From the human T2T-CHM13v2.0 reference genome, Homo sapiens: 64,000 nucleotides of DNA. The translations under genes were made by a program, and so were the position numbers. This document shows positions 28,701 to 43,241 of this stretch, piece after piece (position 1 is the stretch's first letter; every line of letters begins with the position of its first letter). Location of the stretch: NCBI RefSeq assembly GCF_009914755.1, contig NC_060933.1, one strand, 5' to 3'. Below the pieces are notes generated by a model that saw nothing but the letters and a program-made list of their open reading frames with translations, searched no databases and was not told the DNA's origin.

Positions 28701-31700
28701 AATGGAATGGAATCAACGCGAGTGCAGGAGAATGGAATGGAATGGAATGCAATGGAATGGAATCTTCCGGAATGGAATGGAATGGAATGGAATGGAATTG
28801 AATGGAATCAACCCGATTGCAATGGAATGGAGTGGAATGGAATGGAATGGAATGGAACAACCCGAATGGAATGGAATGTAATGGAGAGTAAGGGAGTTGA
28901 ATAGAATCAATCCGAATGTAATGGAATGGAATGGAACGGAATGGAATTGAATGGAATGGAATGGAATGCAATGGAATGGAATCAACCCGAGTGCAATGGA
29001 ATGGAGAGGAATGGAATGGAATGCAATGGAAACTACCCGAATGGAATGTAATGGAGTGTAAGGGAATTGAATAGAATCAATCCGAATGTAATGGAAGGGA
29101 ATGGAACGGAATGGAATGGAATGGAATGGAATGGAATGGAATGGAATGCAATGGAATGGAATCAAACCGAGTGCAATCAAATGGAATCGAATGGAATGGA
29201 ATGCAATGGAATGGATTCAACTTGAATGGAATGGAAAGAATGGAATCAACACGAGTGGAATGGCATGGATTGGAATGGGATGGAATGGAATCAACCCGAG
29301 TACAGAGGAATGGAATGGAATGGAATGCAATGGAATGGAATCAACCGTAATGGAATGGAAAGGAATGGAATGGAATGGAATGGAATGGAATGGAGTGGAA
29401 TGGAATGGAATGGAATCAAATCGATTGCAATCGAATGGAATGGAATGGAATTAACCCGAATAGAATGGAATGGAATGGAATGGAACGGAACGGAATGGAA
29501 TGGAATGGAATGGAATGGAATGGAACGGAACGGAATGGAATGGAATGGAATGGAATCAACGCGAGTGCAGGGGAATGGAATGGAATGGAATGCAATGGAA
29601 TGGAATCTTCCGGAATGGAATGGAATGGAATGGAATGGAATGAAATGCAATGGAGTCAACTCGATTGCAATGGAATGGAATAGAATGGAATGGAATGGAA
29701 TGGAATGGAATTAATCCGAATAGAATGGAATGGAATGCAATGGAACGGAATGGAACGGAATGGAATGGAATGGAATTGTATGGAATGGAATGGAATGGTA
29801 CGGAATAGAATGGAATGGAACGAATTGAAATGGAATGGAATTGAATGTAATGGAATGGAATGCAATGGAATCAACGCGAGTGCAGGGGAATGTAATGGAA
29901 AGGAATGCAATGGAATGGAATCATCCGGAATGGAATGGAATGGAATGGAATGGAATGGAATCAACCCGAGTGCAATGGAATGGAGTGGAATGGAATGGAA
30001 TGGAATGGAACAACCAGAATGGAATGGAATGTAATGGAGAGTAAGGGAGTTGAATAGAATGAATCCGAAAGTAATGGAATGGAATGCAACGGAATGGAAT
30101 GGAATGGAATGGAATGGAATGGAATGCAATGGAATTGAATCAACCCGAGTACAATGGAATGGAATGGAATGGAATGGAATGGAATGGAATGGAATGGAAT
30201 GGAATGATACGGAATAGAATGGAATGGAACGAAATGGAATGGAATGGAATGGAATGGAATGGAATGGAAAGGAATCAACCCGAGTGCTGGGGAATGGAAT
30301 GGAATGGAATGCAATGGAATGGAATCATCCGGAATGGAATGGAATGGAATGGAATGCAAAGCAATGGAATCAACTCGATTGCAATGGAATGGAATGGAAT
30401 GGAAAGGAATACATTGGAATCAACCCGAGTGGAATGGAATGGAAAGGACTGGAATGGACTGGAATGGAATGGAATGGAATGGAATCAACTCGATTGGAAT
30501 GCAATGGAATGGAATGGAATGGAATTAACCCGAATAGAATGGAATGGAATGGAATGGAACGGAACGGAATGGAATGGAATGGAATGGAATGGAATGGAAT
30601 GGAATGGAATGGAATCAACCCGACTGCAGGGGAATGGAATGGAATGGAAGGCAATGGAAGAGATTCAACTTGAATGGAATGGAAAGAATGGAATCAACAC
30701 GAGTGGAATGGCATGGATTGGAATGGAATGGAATGGAATCAACCCGAGTACAGGGGAATGGAATGGAATGGAATGCAATGGAATGGAATCATCCGTTATG
30801 GAATGGAAAGGAATGGAATGGAATGGAATGGAATGGAATGGAATGGAATGGAATGGAATCAACTCGATTGCAATCGAATGGAATGGAATGGAATTAACCC
30901 GAATAGAATGGAATGGAATGGAATGGAACGGAACGGAATGGAATGGAATGGAATGGAATGGAACGGAAAGGAATGGAATGGAATGGAATGGAATGGAATG
31001 GAATGGAATGGAATCAACGCGAGTGCAGGGGAATGGAATGGAATCGAATGGAATGGAAAGGAATGGAATGGAATCAACCCGAGTGCAGGGGAATGTAATG
31101 GAACGGAATGCAATAGAATGGAATCATCCGGAATGGAATGGAATGTAATGGAATGGAATCAACCCGAGTGCAATGGAATGGAGTGGAATGGAATGGAATG
31201 GAATGGAACAACCCGAATGGAATGGAATGTAATGGAGAGTAAGGGAGTTGAAAAGAATCAATCCGAATGTAATGGAATGGAATGGAACGGAATGGAATGG
31301 AATGGAATGGAATGGAATGGAATGGAATGCAATGGAATGGAATCAACCCAAGTACAATGGAATGGAATGGAATGGAATGGAATGGAATGGAATGGAATGC
31401 AATGGAATGGAATCTTCCGGAATGGAATGGAATGGAATGGAATGGAATGGAATGCAATGGATTCAACTCGATTGCAATGGAATGGAATAGAATGGAATGG
31501 AATGGAATGGAATGGAATGGAATTAAACCGAATAGAATGGAATGGAATGGAATGGAATGGAACAGAACGGAACGGAACGGAACGGAGTGGAAAGGAATGG
31601 AATGGAATTGTATGGAATGGAATGGAATGGTACGGAATAGAATGGAATGGAAAGAATTGGAATGGAATGGAATGGAATGGAATGGAATGGAATCAACCCA

Positions 31701-33559
31701 AGCGCAATGGAATGGAGTGGAATGGAATGGAATGGAATGGAACAACCCGAATGGAATGGAATGTAATGGAGAGTAAGGGAGTTGAACAGAATCAATCCGA
31801 ATGTAATGGAATGGAACGGAATGGAATGGAATGGAATGGAATGGAATGCAATGGAATGGAATCAACCCGAGTACAATGGAACGGAATGTAATGTAATGTA
31901 ATGTAATGGAATGGAACGGAATGGAATGGAATTGAATCAACCCGAGTGCAATGGAATGGAGAGGAATGGAATGGAATGGAATGGAAACTACCCGAATGGA
32001 ATGGAATGTAATGGAGTGTAAGGGAATTGAATAGAATCAATCCGAATGGAATGGAATGGAATAGAACGGAATGTAATGTAATGGAATGGAATGGAATCAA
32101 CCCGAGTGCAGGGGAATGGAATGGAATGGAATGCAATGGAATGGAATCATCCGGAATGGAATGGAATGGAATGCAATGGAATGGAATGTAATGGAATCAA
32201 CCCGAGAGCAATGGAATGGAGTGAAATGGAATGGAATGGAATGGAGACAACAAGAATGGATTGGAATATAATGGAGTGTAAGGGAATTGAATAGAATCAA
32301 TCTGAATGTAATGAAATGGAATGGAACGGAATGGAATGGAATGGAACGGAATGGAATGGAATGGAATGCAATGGAATGGAATCAACCCGAGTGCAATCGA
32401 ATGGAATCGAATGGAATGGAATGCAATGGAATGGATTCAACTTGAATGGAATGGAAAGAATGGAATCAACACGAGTGGAATGGCATGGATTGGAATGGAA
32501 TGGAATGGAATCAACCCGAGTATAGGGGAATGGAATGGAATGGAATGCAATGGAATGGAATCATCCGTAATGGAATGGAAAGGAATGGAATGGAATGGAA
32601 TGGAATGGAATGGAATGGAATCAACTCGATTGCAATCGAATGGAATGGAATGGAATTAACCCGAATAGAATGGAATGGAATGGAATGGAACGGAACGGAA
32701 TGGAATGGAATGGAATGGAATGGAATGGAATGGAGTGGAACGGAAAGGAAGGGAATGGAATGGAATGGAATGGAATGGAATGGAATCAACCCGAGTGCAA
32801 TGGAATGGAGTGGAATGGAATGGAATGGAATGGAACAACCCGAATGGAATGGAATGTAATGGAGAGTAAGGGAGTTGAATAGAATCAATCCGAATGTAAT
32901 GGAATGGAAAGGAACGCAATGGAATTGAATGGAATGGAATGGAATCAACTCGATTGGAATGGAATGGAATGGAAAGGAATGGAATGGAATGGAATTAACC
33001 CGAATAGAATGGAATGGAATGGAATGGAACGGAACGGAATTGAATGGAATGGAATGGAAACAACCAGACTGCAGGGGAATGGAATGGAATGGAATGCAAT
33101 GGAATGAATTCAACTTGAATGGAATGGAAAGAATGGAATCAACACGAGTGGAATGGCATGGATTGGAATGGAATGGAATGGAATCAACCCGAGTACAGGG
33201 GAATGGAATGGAATGGAATGCAATGGAATGGAATCATCCGTAATGGAATGGAAAGGAATGGAATGGAATGGAATGGAATGGAATGGAATGGAATCAACTC
33301 GATTGCAATCGAATGGAATGGAATGGAATTAAACCGAATAGAATGGAATGGAATGGAATGGAACGGAACAGAACGGAATGGAATGGATTGGAATGGAATG
33401 GAATGGAATGGAATGGAACGGAAAGGAATGGAATGGAATGGAATGGAATGGAATGGAATAGAATGGAATGGAATGGAATGGAATCAACGCGAGTGCAGGG
33501 GAATGGAATGGAATGGAATGCAATGGAATGGAATGCAATGGAATGGAATGGAATGGAAT

Positions 33560-35380
33560 GGAATGGAATGGAATGGAATCAACTCGATTGCAATCGAATG
33601 GAATGGAATGGAATTAACCCGAATAGAATGGAATGGAATGGAATGGAACGGAACGGAATGGAATGGAATGGAATGGAACGGTACGGAATGGAATGAGATG
33701 GAATGGAATGGAATGGAATCAACGTGAGTGCAGGGGAATGGAATGGAATTAAATGCAATGGAATGGATTCCACTTGAATGGAATGGAAAGAATGGAATCA
33801 ACACGAGTGGAATGGCATGGATTGGAATGGAATGGAATGGAATCAACCCGAGTACATGGGAATGGAATGGAATGGAATGCAATGGAATGGAATCATCCGT
33901 AATGGAATGGAAAGGAATGGAATGGAATGGAATGGAATGGAATGGAATAGAATGGAATGGAATCAACTCGATTGCAATCGAATGGAATGGAATGGAATTA
34001 ACCCGAATAGAATGGAATGGAATGGAATGGAACGGAACGGAACGGAATGGAATGGATTGGAATGGAATGGAATGGAATGGAATGGAACGGAAAGGAATGG
34101 AATGGAATGGAATGGAATGGAATGGAATGGAATCAACGCGAGTTCAGGGGAATGGAATGGAATGGAATGCAATGGAATGGAATCTTCCGGAATGGAATGG
34201 AATGCAATGGAATGGAATGGAATGGAATGGAATAAACCCGAGTGCAATGGAATGGAGTGGAATGGAATGGAATGGAATGGAACAACCCGAATGGAATGGA
34301 ATGTAATGGAGAGTAAGGGAGTTGAATAGAATCAATCCGAATGTAATGGAAAGGAATGGAACGGAATGGAATTGAATGGAATGGAATGGAATGGAATCAA
34401 CCCGAGTGCAATGGAATGGAAAGGAATGGAATGGAATGGAATGGAAACTACCCGAAGGGAATGGAATGTAATGGAGTGTAAGGGAATTGAATAGAATCAA
34501 TTCGAGTGTAATGGAATGGAATGGAACGGAATGGAATGGAATGGAATGGAATGGAATGGAATGGAATGCAACGGAATGGAATCAACCCGAGTGCAATCGA
34601 ATGGAATCCAATGGAATGGAATGCAATGGAATGGATTCAACTTGAATGGAAAGGAAAGAATGGAATCAACACGAGTGGAAGGACATGGATTGGAATGGAA
34701 TGGAATGGAATCAACCCGAGTACAGGGGAATGGAATGGAATGGAATGGAATGGAATGGAATCATCCGAAATGGAATGGAAAGGAATGGAATGGAATGGAA
34801 TGGAATGGAATCAACTCGATTGCAATCGAATGGAATGGAATGGAATTAACCCGAATAGAATGGAATGGAATGGAATGAAACGGAACGGAATGGAATGGAA
34901 TGGAATAGAATCTAATGGAACGGAACGGAACGGAATGGATGGAATGGAATGGAATGGAATGGAATGGAATCAACGCGAGTGCAGGGGAATCGAATGGAAT
35001 GGAATGCAATGGAATGGAATCTTCCGGAATGGAATGGAATGGAATGGAATGAAATGCAATGGATTCAACTCGATTGCAATGGAATGGATTAGAATGGAAT
35101 GGAATGGAATGGAATGGAATGGAATTAACCCGAATAGAATGGAATGGAATGGAATGGAACGGAATGGAACGGAATGGAATGGAATGGAATGGAATGGTAT
35201 GGTATGGAATGGAATGGAATGGTATGGAATAGAATGGAATGGAACGAATTGTAATGGAATGGAATTGAATGGAATGGAATGGAATGGAATGGAATCAACG
35301 CGAGTGCAGGGGAATGTAATGGAACGGAATGCAATGGAATGGAATCATCCGGAATGGAATGGAATGGAATGGAATGGAAT
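33560..35380 (+). repeat. Third, more diverged partial copy of block C
   Basis: Carries the block-C markers GTACGGAATGGAATGAGATG (33681), AACGTGAGTG (33721), AGTTCAGGGG (34141) and the 4-nt GGAT unit (~34937), in the same order as ~7800-9600. Confidence 0.8.
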
Positions 35381-38260
35381 GGAATCAACCCGAGTGCAAT
35401 GGAATGGAGTGGAATGGAATGGAATGGAATGGAACAACCCGAATGGAATGGAATGTAATGGAGAGTAAGGGAGTTGAATAGAATCAATCCGAATGTAATG
35501 GAATGGAATGCAACGGAATGGAAAGGAATGGAATGGAATGGAATGGAATGCAATGGAATGGAATCAACCCGAGTACAATGGAATGGAATGGAATGGAATG
35601 GAATGGAATGGAATGGAATGGAATGGAATGCCTTCAAACCGAAAGGAATGGAAAGGAATGGAATCAACACGAGTGGAATGGAATGGAATGGAATGGAATG
35701 GAATGGAATGATACGGAATAGAATGGAATGCAACCAAATGGAATGGAATGGAATGGAATGGAATGGAATGGAATGGAATGGAATGGAATCGTTCCGAGTG
35801 GAATAGGAGGGAATGTATTCGAGTGGAATGGAAAGGAATGGAATCAACCACAGTGGAATGGAAGGTAATGGAATGGAATGGAAACTAATAGAATGGAATC
35901 AACCCGAGTGGAATGGAATGGAAAGGACTGGAATGGAAAGGAATGGAATGGAATGGAATGGAATGGAATGGAATGGAAAGGAATGGAATGGAATCAACGC
36001 GAGTGCAGGGGAATGGAATGGAATGGAATGGAATGGAATGGAATGGAATCAACCCGAGTGCAGGGGAATGTAATGGAACGGAATGCAATGGAATGGAATC
36101 ATCCGGAATGGAATGGAATGGAATGGAATGGAATCAACCCGAGTGCAATGGAATGGAGTGGAATGGAAAGGAATGGAATGGAACAACCCGAATGGAATGG
36201 AATGTAATGGAGAGTAAGGGAGTTGAAAAGAATCAATCCGAATGTAATGGAATGGAATGGAACGGAATGGAATGGAATGGAATGGAATGGAATGGAATGG
36301 AATGCAATGGAATGGAATCAACCCGAGTACAATGGAATGGAATGGAATGGAATGGAATGGAATGGAATGGAATGGAATGCAATGGAATGGAATCTTCCGG
36401 AATGGAATGGAATGGAATGGAATGGAATGGAATGGAATGCAATGGACTCAACTCGATTGCAATGGAATGAAATAGAATTGAATGGAATGGAATGGAATGG
36501 AATTAAACCGAATAGAATGGAATGGAATGGAATGGAACGGAACGGAACGGAACGGAACGGAGTGGAATGGAATGGAATGGAATTGTATGGAATGGAATGG
36601 AATGTTAGGGAATAGAATGGAATGGGAAGAATTGGAATGGAATGGAATCGAATGGAATGGAGTGGAATGGAATGGAATCAACCCGAGTGCAGGGGAATGT
36701 AATGGAACGGAATACAATGGAATGGAATCATCCGGAATGGAATGGAATGGAATTGAATGGAATGGAATGGAATGGAATCAACCCGAGTGCAATGGAATGG
36801 AGTGGAATGGAATGGAATGGAATGGAACAACCCGAATGGAATGGAATGTAATGGAGAGTTAGGGAGTTGAATAGAATCAATCCGAATGTAATGGATTGGA
36901 ACGGAATGGAATGGAATGGAATGGAATGGAATGGAATGGAATGGAATGGAATGGAATGCAATGGAATGGAATCAACCCGAGTACAATGGAACGGAATGGA
37001 ATGGAATGGAATGGCATGGAATGGAATGGAATGGAATGGAATGGAATGGAATGGAATCAACCCAAGTGCAATAGAATGGAGAGGAATGGAATAGAATGGA
37101 ATGGAAACTACCCGAATGGAATGGAATGTAATGGAGTGTAAGGGAATTGAATAGAATCAATCCGAATGTAATGGAATGGAATGGAACGGAATGGAATGGA
37201 ATGGAATGGAATGGAATGGAATAAACCCGAGTGCAATGGAATGGAGTGGAATGGAATGGAATGGAATGGAACAACCCGAATGGAATGGAATGTAATGGAG
37301 AGTAAGGGAGTTGAATAGAATCAATCCGAATGTAATGGAATGGAATGGAACGGAATGGAATTGAATGGAATGGAATGGAATGGAATCAACCCGAGTGCAA
37401 TGGAATGGAGAGGAATGGAATGGAATGAAATGGAAACTACCCGAATGGAATAGAATGTAATGGAGTGTAAGGGAATTGAATAGAATCAATCCGAATGTAA
37501 TGGAATGGAATGGAACGGAATGGAATGGAATGGGATGGAATGGAATGGAATCGAATGGAATGGAATGCAATGGAATGGAATCAACCCGAGTGCAATCGAA
37601 TGGAATCGAATGGAATGGAATGCAATGGAATGGATTCAACTTGAATGGAATGGAAAGAATGGAATCAACACGAGTGGAATGCCATGGATTGGAATGGAAT
37701 GGAATGGAATCAACCCGAGCACAGGGGAATGGAATGGAATGGAATGCAATGGAATGGAATCATCCGTAATGGAATGGAAAGGAATGGAATGGAATGGAAT
37801 GGAATGGAATGGAATGGAATGGAATGGAATGGAATCAACTCGATTGCAATCGAATGGAATGGAATGGAATTAACCCGAATAGAATGGAATGGAATGGAAT
37901 GGAACGGAACGGAACAGAACGGAACGGAGTGGAATGAGTGGAATGGAATGGAATGGAATTGTATGGAATGGAATGGCATGGTACGGAATAGAATGGAATG
38001 GAAAGAATTGGAATGGAATGGAATCGAATGGAATGGAATGGAATGGAATGGAATCAACCCGAGTGCAATGGAATGGAGTGGAATGGAATGGAATGGAATG
38101 GAACAACCCGAATGGAATGGAATGTAATGGAGAGTAAGGGAGTTGAATAGAATCAATCCGAATGTAATGGAATGAAACGGAATGGAAAGGAATGGAATGG
38201 AATGGAATGGAATGGAATGGAATGGAATGCAATGGAATGGAATCAACCCGAGTACAATGG

Positions 38261-38281
38261 AACGGAATGGGTTTATTCCAT
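38261..38281. other. Inversion (strand-switch) junction inside the satellite array
   Basis: Reads ...GAGTACAATGGAACGGAAT-GG-GTTTATTCCATTCC.... The left side is GGAAT repeat and the right side is the reverse complement of GGAATAAACCC(G). GG at 38269-38270 fits either arm, and no non-satellite bases are inserted. Confidence 0.96.
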
Positions 38282-41200
38282 TCCATTCCATTCCATTCCG
38301 GATGATTCCATTCCATTGCATTCCATTCCATTCCATTCCCCTGCACTCGTGTTGATTCCATTCCCTTCCATTCCATTCCATTCCGTTCCATTCCATTCTA
38401 TTCCGGTTAACTCCATTCCATTCCATTCCATTGCAATCGAGTTGATTGCATTCCATTCCTTTCCATTCCATTCCATTGCCTTGCATTCCACTCGGGTTGA
38501 TTCCATTCCCTTCTTTCCACTCCATTACATTCCCTTCCATGATTGATTCCATTCCATTCCATTCCAGTTCATTCCATTGCAATCCATTCCAATCCATTCC
38601 ATTCCATTCCATTCCACTCGAGTTGAGTTCATTCCATTCCTTTCCATTCCATTCCATTCTTTCCACTCGAGTTGATTCCATTCCATTCCAATCCATTGCA
38701 TTCCATTCCATGCCATTCCACTCGGGTTGATTCCATTCCTTTGCATTCCATTCCATTCCATTCCATTCCATTCCATTCCATTCCGTTGCATTCCATTCCA
38801 TTACATTCCGATTGATTCTATTCAACTCCCTTACTCTCCATTACATTCCATTCCATTCGGATTGTTCCATTCCATTCCATTCCTTTCCACTCCATTCCAT
38901 TGCACTCGGGTTGATTCCATTCCATTCCATTCCATTCCATTCCATTCCGGATGATTCCATTCCATTGCATTCCGTTCCATTACATTCCCCTGCACTCGCG
39001 TTGATTCCATTCCATTCCATTCCTTTCCATTCAATTCCATTCCATTACAATTCGTTCCATTCCATTCTATTCCGTACCATTCCATTCCATTCCATACCAT
39101 TCCATTCCATTCCATTCCATTCCATTCCATTCCATTCCGTTCCATTCCGTTGCATTCCATTCAATTCCATTCTATTCGGGTTAATCCCATTCCATTCCAT
39201 TCCATTCCATTCTATTCCATTCCATTGCAACCGAGTTGAATCCATTGCATTTCATTCCATTCCATTCCATTCCATTCCGGAAGATTCCATTCCATTGCAT
39301 TCCATTCCATGCCATTCCCCTGCACTCGCGTTGATTCCATTCCATTCCATTCCATTCCATTCCATTCCATTCCGTTCCGTTCCGTTCCGTTCCATTCCAT
39401 TCCATTCCATTCCATTCCATTCCGTTCCGTTCCATTCCATTCCATTCCATTCTATTCGGGTTAATTCCACTCCATTCCATTCGATTGCAATCGTGTTGAT
39501 TCCATTCCATTCCATTCCATTCCATTCCATTCCATTCCATTCCTTTCCATTCCATTACGGATGATTCCATTCCATTGCATTCCATTCCATTCCATTCCCC
39601 TGTAATCGGGTTGATTCCATTCCTTTGCATTCCAATCCATGCCCTTCCACTCGTGTTGATTCCATTCTTTCCATTCCATTCAAGTTGAATCTATTCCATT
39701 GCATTGCATTCCATTCGATTCCATTCGATTGCACTCGGGTTGATTCCATTCCATTGCATTCCATTCCATTCCATTCCATTCCATTCCGTTCCATTCCATT
39801 CCATTACATTCGGATTGATTCTATTCAATTCCCTTACACTCCATTACATTCCATTCCATTCAGGTAGTTTCCATTCCATTCCATTCCATTCCTCTTCATT
39901 CCATTGCACTCGGGTTGATTCCATTCCATTGCATTCCATTCCATTCCATTCCGTTCCATTCCATTCCATTACATTCGGATTGACTCTATTCAACTCCCTT
40001 ACTCTCCATTACATTCCGTTGCATTCGGCTTGTTCCATTCCATTCCATTCCATTCCACTCCATTCCATTGCACTCAGGTTTATTCCATTTCATTCCATTC
40101 CATTCCATTCCATTCCGGAAGATTCCATTCCATTGCATTCCATTCCATTCCATTCCCCTGCACTCGCGTTGATTCCATTCCATTCCATTCCATTCCATTC
40201 CATTCCATTCCTTTCCGTTCCATTCCATTCCATTCCATTCCATTCCATTCCGTTCCGTTCCGTTCCATTCCATTCCATTCCATTCTATTCGGGTTAATTC
40301 CATTCCATTCCATTCGATTGCAATCGAGTTGATTTCATTCCATTCCATTCCATTCCATTCCATTCCTTTTCATTCCATTACGGATGATTCCATTCCATTG
40401 CATTCCATTCCATTCCATTCCCCTGTACTCGGGTTGATTCCATTCCATTCCATTCCATTCCATTCCATTCTATTCGGGTTAATTCCATTCCATTCCATTC
40501 CATTCCATTCCATTCCATTCCAATCGAGTTGATTCCATTCCATTCCAATCCATTCCATTCCACTCCATTCCAGTCCTTTCCATTCCATTCCACTCGGGTT
40601 GATTCCAATGTATTCCTTTCCATTCCATTCCATTCCATTGCAATCGAGTTGATTCCATTGCTTTGCATTCCATTCCATTCCATTCCATTCCGGATGATTC
40701 CATTCCATTGCATTCTATTCCATTCCATTCCCCTGTACTCGGGTTGATTCCATTCCATTCCACTCCATTCCGTTCCATTCCATTCCATTCCATTGTATTC
40801 GGGTTAATTCCATTCCATTCCATTCCATTCCATTCCATTCCATTACAATCGAGTTGATTCCATTCCATTCCATTCCATTCCATTCCATTCCAGTCCTTTC
40901 CATTCCATTCCACTCGGGTTGATTCCATTCTATTAGTTTCCATTCCATTCCATTCCCTTCCATTCCACTCTGGTTGATTCCATTCCTTTGCATTCCACTC
41001 GAATACATTCCCTCCTATTCCACTCGGAACGATTCCATTCCATTCCATTCCATTCCATTCCATTTCGTTCCATTCCATTCTATTCCATATCATTCCATTC
41101 CATTCCGTTCCATTCCATTCCATTCCATTCCACTCGTGTTGATTCCATTCCTTTCCATTCCATTCGGTTTGAAGGCATTCCATTCCATTCCATTCCATTC

Positions 41201-43241
41201 CATTCCATTGTACTCGGGTTGATTCCATTCCATTGCATTCCATTCCATTCCATTCCATTCCATTCCATTCCCTTGCATTCCATTCCATTACATTCGGATT
41301 GATTCTATTCAAATCCCTTCCTCTCCATTACATTCCATTCCATACGGGTTGTTCCATTCCATTCCATTCCATTCCACTCCATTCCATTGCACTAGGGTTG
41401 ATTCCATTCCATTCCATTCCATTCCATTCCGGATGATTCCATTCCATTGCATTCCGTTCCATTACATTCCCCTGCACTCGCGTTCATTCCATTCCATTCC
41501 ATTCCATTCAATTCCATTCCATTACAATTCGTTGGATTCCATTCTATTCCGTACCATTCCATTCCATTCCATACCATTCCATTCCATTCCATTCCATTCC
41601 ATTCCATTCCATTCCATTGCATTCCATTCCATTCCATTCCATTCCGTTCCGTTCCGTTCCATTCCATTCCATTCCATTCTATCCGGGTTAATTCCATTCC
41701 ATTCCATTCGATTGCAATCGAGTTGATTCCATTCCATTCCATTCCATTCCATTCCATTCCTTTCCATTCCATTACGGATGATTCCATTCCATTGCATTCC
41801 ATTCCATTCCATTCCCCTGTACTCGGGTTGATTCCATTCCATTCCATTCCAATCCATGCCATTCCACTCGTGTTGATTCCATTCTTTCCATTCCATTCAA
41901 GTTGAATCCATTCCATTGCATTCCATTCAATTTGATTCCATTCGATTGCACTCGGGTTGATTCCATTCCACTGCATTCCATTCCATTCAATTCCATTCCA
42001 TTCCATTCCATTCCATTCCATTCCATTCCATTACATTACATTCCATTACATTCGGATTGATTCTATTCAATTCCCTTACACTGCATTACATTCCATTCCA
42101 TTCGGGTAGTTTCCATTCCATTCCATTCCATTCCTCTCCATTCCATTGCACTCGGGTTGATTCCATTCCATTGCATTCCATTCCATTCCATTCAATTCCA
42201 TTCTGTTGCATTCAATTCCATTACATGCGGATTGATTCTATTCAACTCCCTTACTCTCCATTCCATTCCATTCCATTCAGGTTGTTCCATTCCATTCCAT
42301 TCCATTCCACTCCATTCCATTGCACTCGGGTTGATTCCATTCCATTCCATTCCATTCCATTCCATTCCATTCCATTCCATTCCATTCCATTACAATCGAG
42401 TTGATTCCATTCCATTCCATTCCATTCCATTCCTTTCCATTCCATTCCACTCGGGTTGATTCCATTCTATTAGTTTCCATTCCATTCCATTGCCTTCCAT
42501 TCCACTCTGGTTGATTCCATTCCTTTCCATTCCACTCGAATACATTCCCTCCTATTCCACTCGGAACGATTCCATTCCATTCCATTCCATTCCATTCCAT
42601 TCCATTCCATTTCGTTCCATTCCATTCTATTCCGTATCATTCCATTCCATTCCATTCCATTCCATTCCATTCCATTCGATTCCATTCCATTCCATTGTAC
42701 TCGGGTTGATTCCATTCCATTGCATTCCATTCCATTCCATTCCATTCCATTCCATTCCATTCCATTCCATTCCGTTCCATTCCATTACATTCGGATTGAT
42801 TCTTTTCAACTCCCTTACTCTCCATTACATTCCATTCCATTCGGATTGTTCCATTCAGTTCCATTCCATTCCACTCCATTCCATTGCACTCGGGTTGATT
42901 CCATTCCATTCCATTGCATTCCATTCCGGATGATTCCATTCCATTGCATTGCGTTCCATTACATTCCCCTGCACTCGGGTTGATTAAATTCCATTCCATT
43001 CCATTCCATTCCATTCCATTCCATTCCATTACCCTGCACTCGCGTTGATTCCATTCCATTCCATTCCATTCCATTCCATTCCATTCCATTCCTTTCCATT
43101 CCAGTCCTTTGCATTTCATTCCACTCGGGTTGATTCCATTCTATTAGTTTCCATTCCATTCCATTCCCTTCCATTCCACTCTGGTTGATTCCATTCCTTT
43201 CCATTCCACTCGAATACATTCCCTCCTATTCCACTCGGAAC

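Larger units (their letters stand above)
1..38268 (+). repeat. Satellite III (HSat3-type) array, G-rich (GGAAT)n strand on +
   Basis: Continuous GGAAT pentamers with recurrent CAACCCGAGT, TAACCCGAAT, CAACTCGATT and CAACGCGAGT words. A pentamer array plus a CAACCCGA(G/A)T decamer is the classical Satellite III signature. There is no CATTCGATTC-dominated HSat2 pattern and no 171-bp alpha satellite. The array runs off the left edge of the window. Confidence 0.97.

Noticed and set aside
38240-38300. Perfect palindrome or hairpin-capped fold-back as the origin of the inversion
   Set aside because: The variant words on the two sides are not mirror images. Complementarity is only at the generic pentamer level.
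37710-38825. Junction-spanning chimeric ORFs (MEWNG repeats switching to FHSIP repeats)
   Set aside because: They only report the strand switch. Nothing suggests translation.
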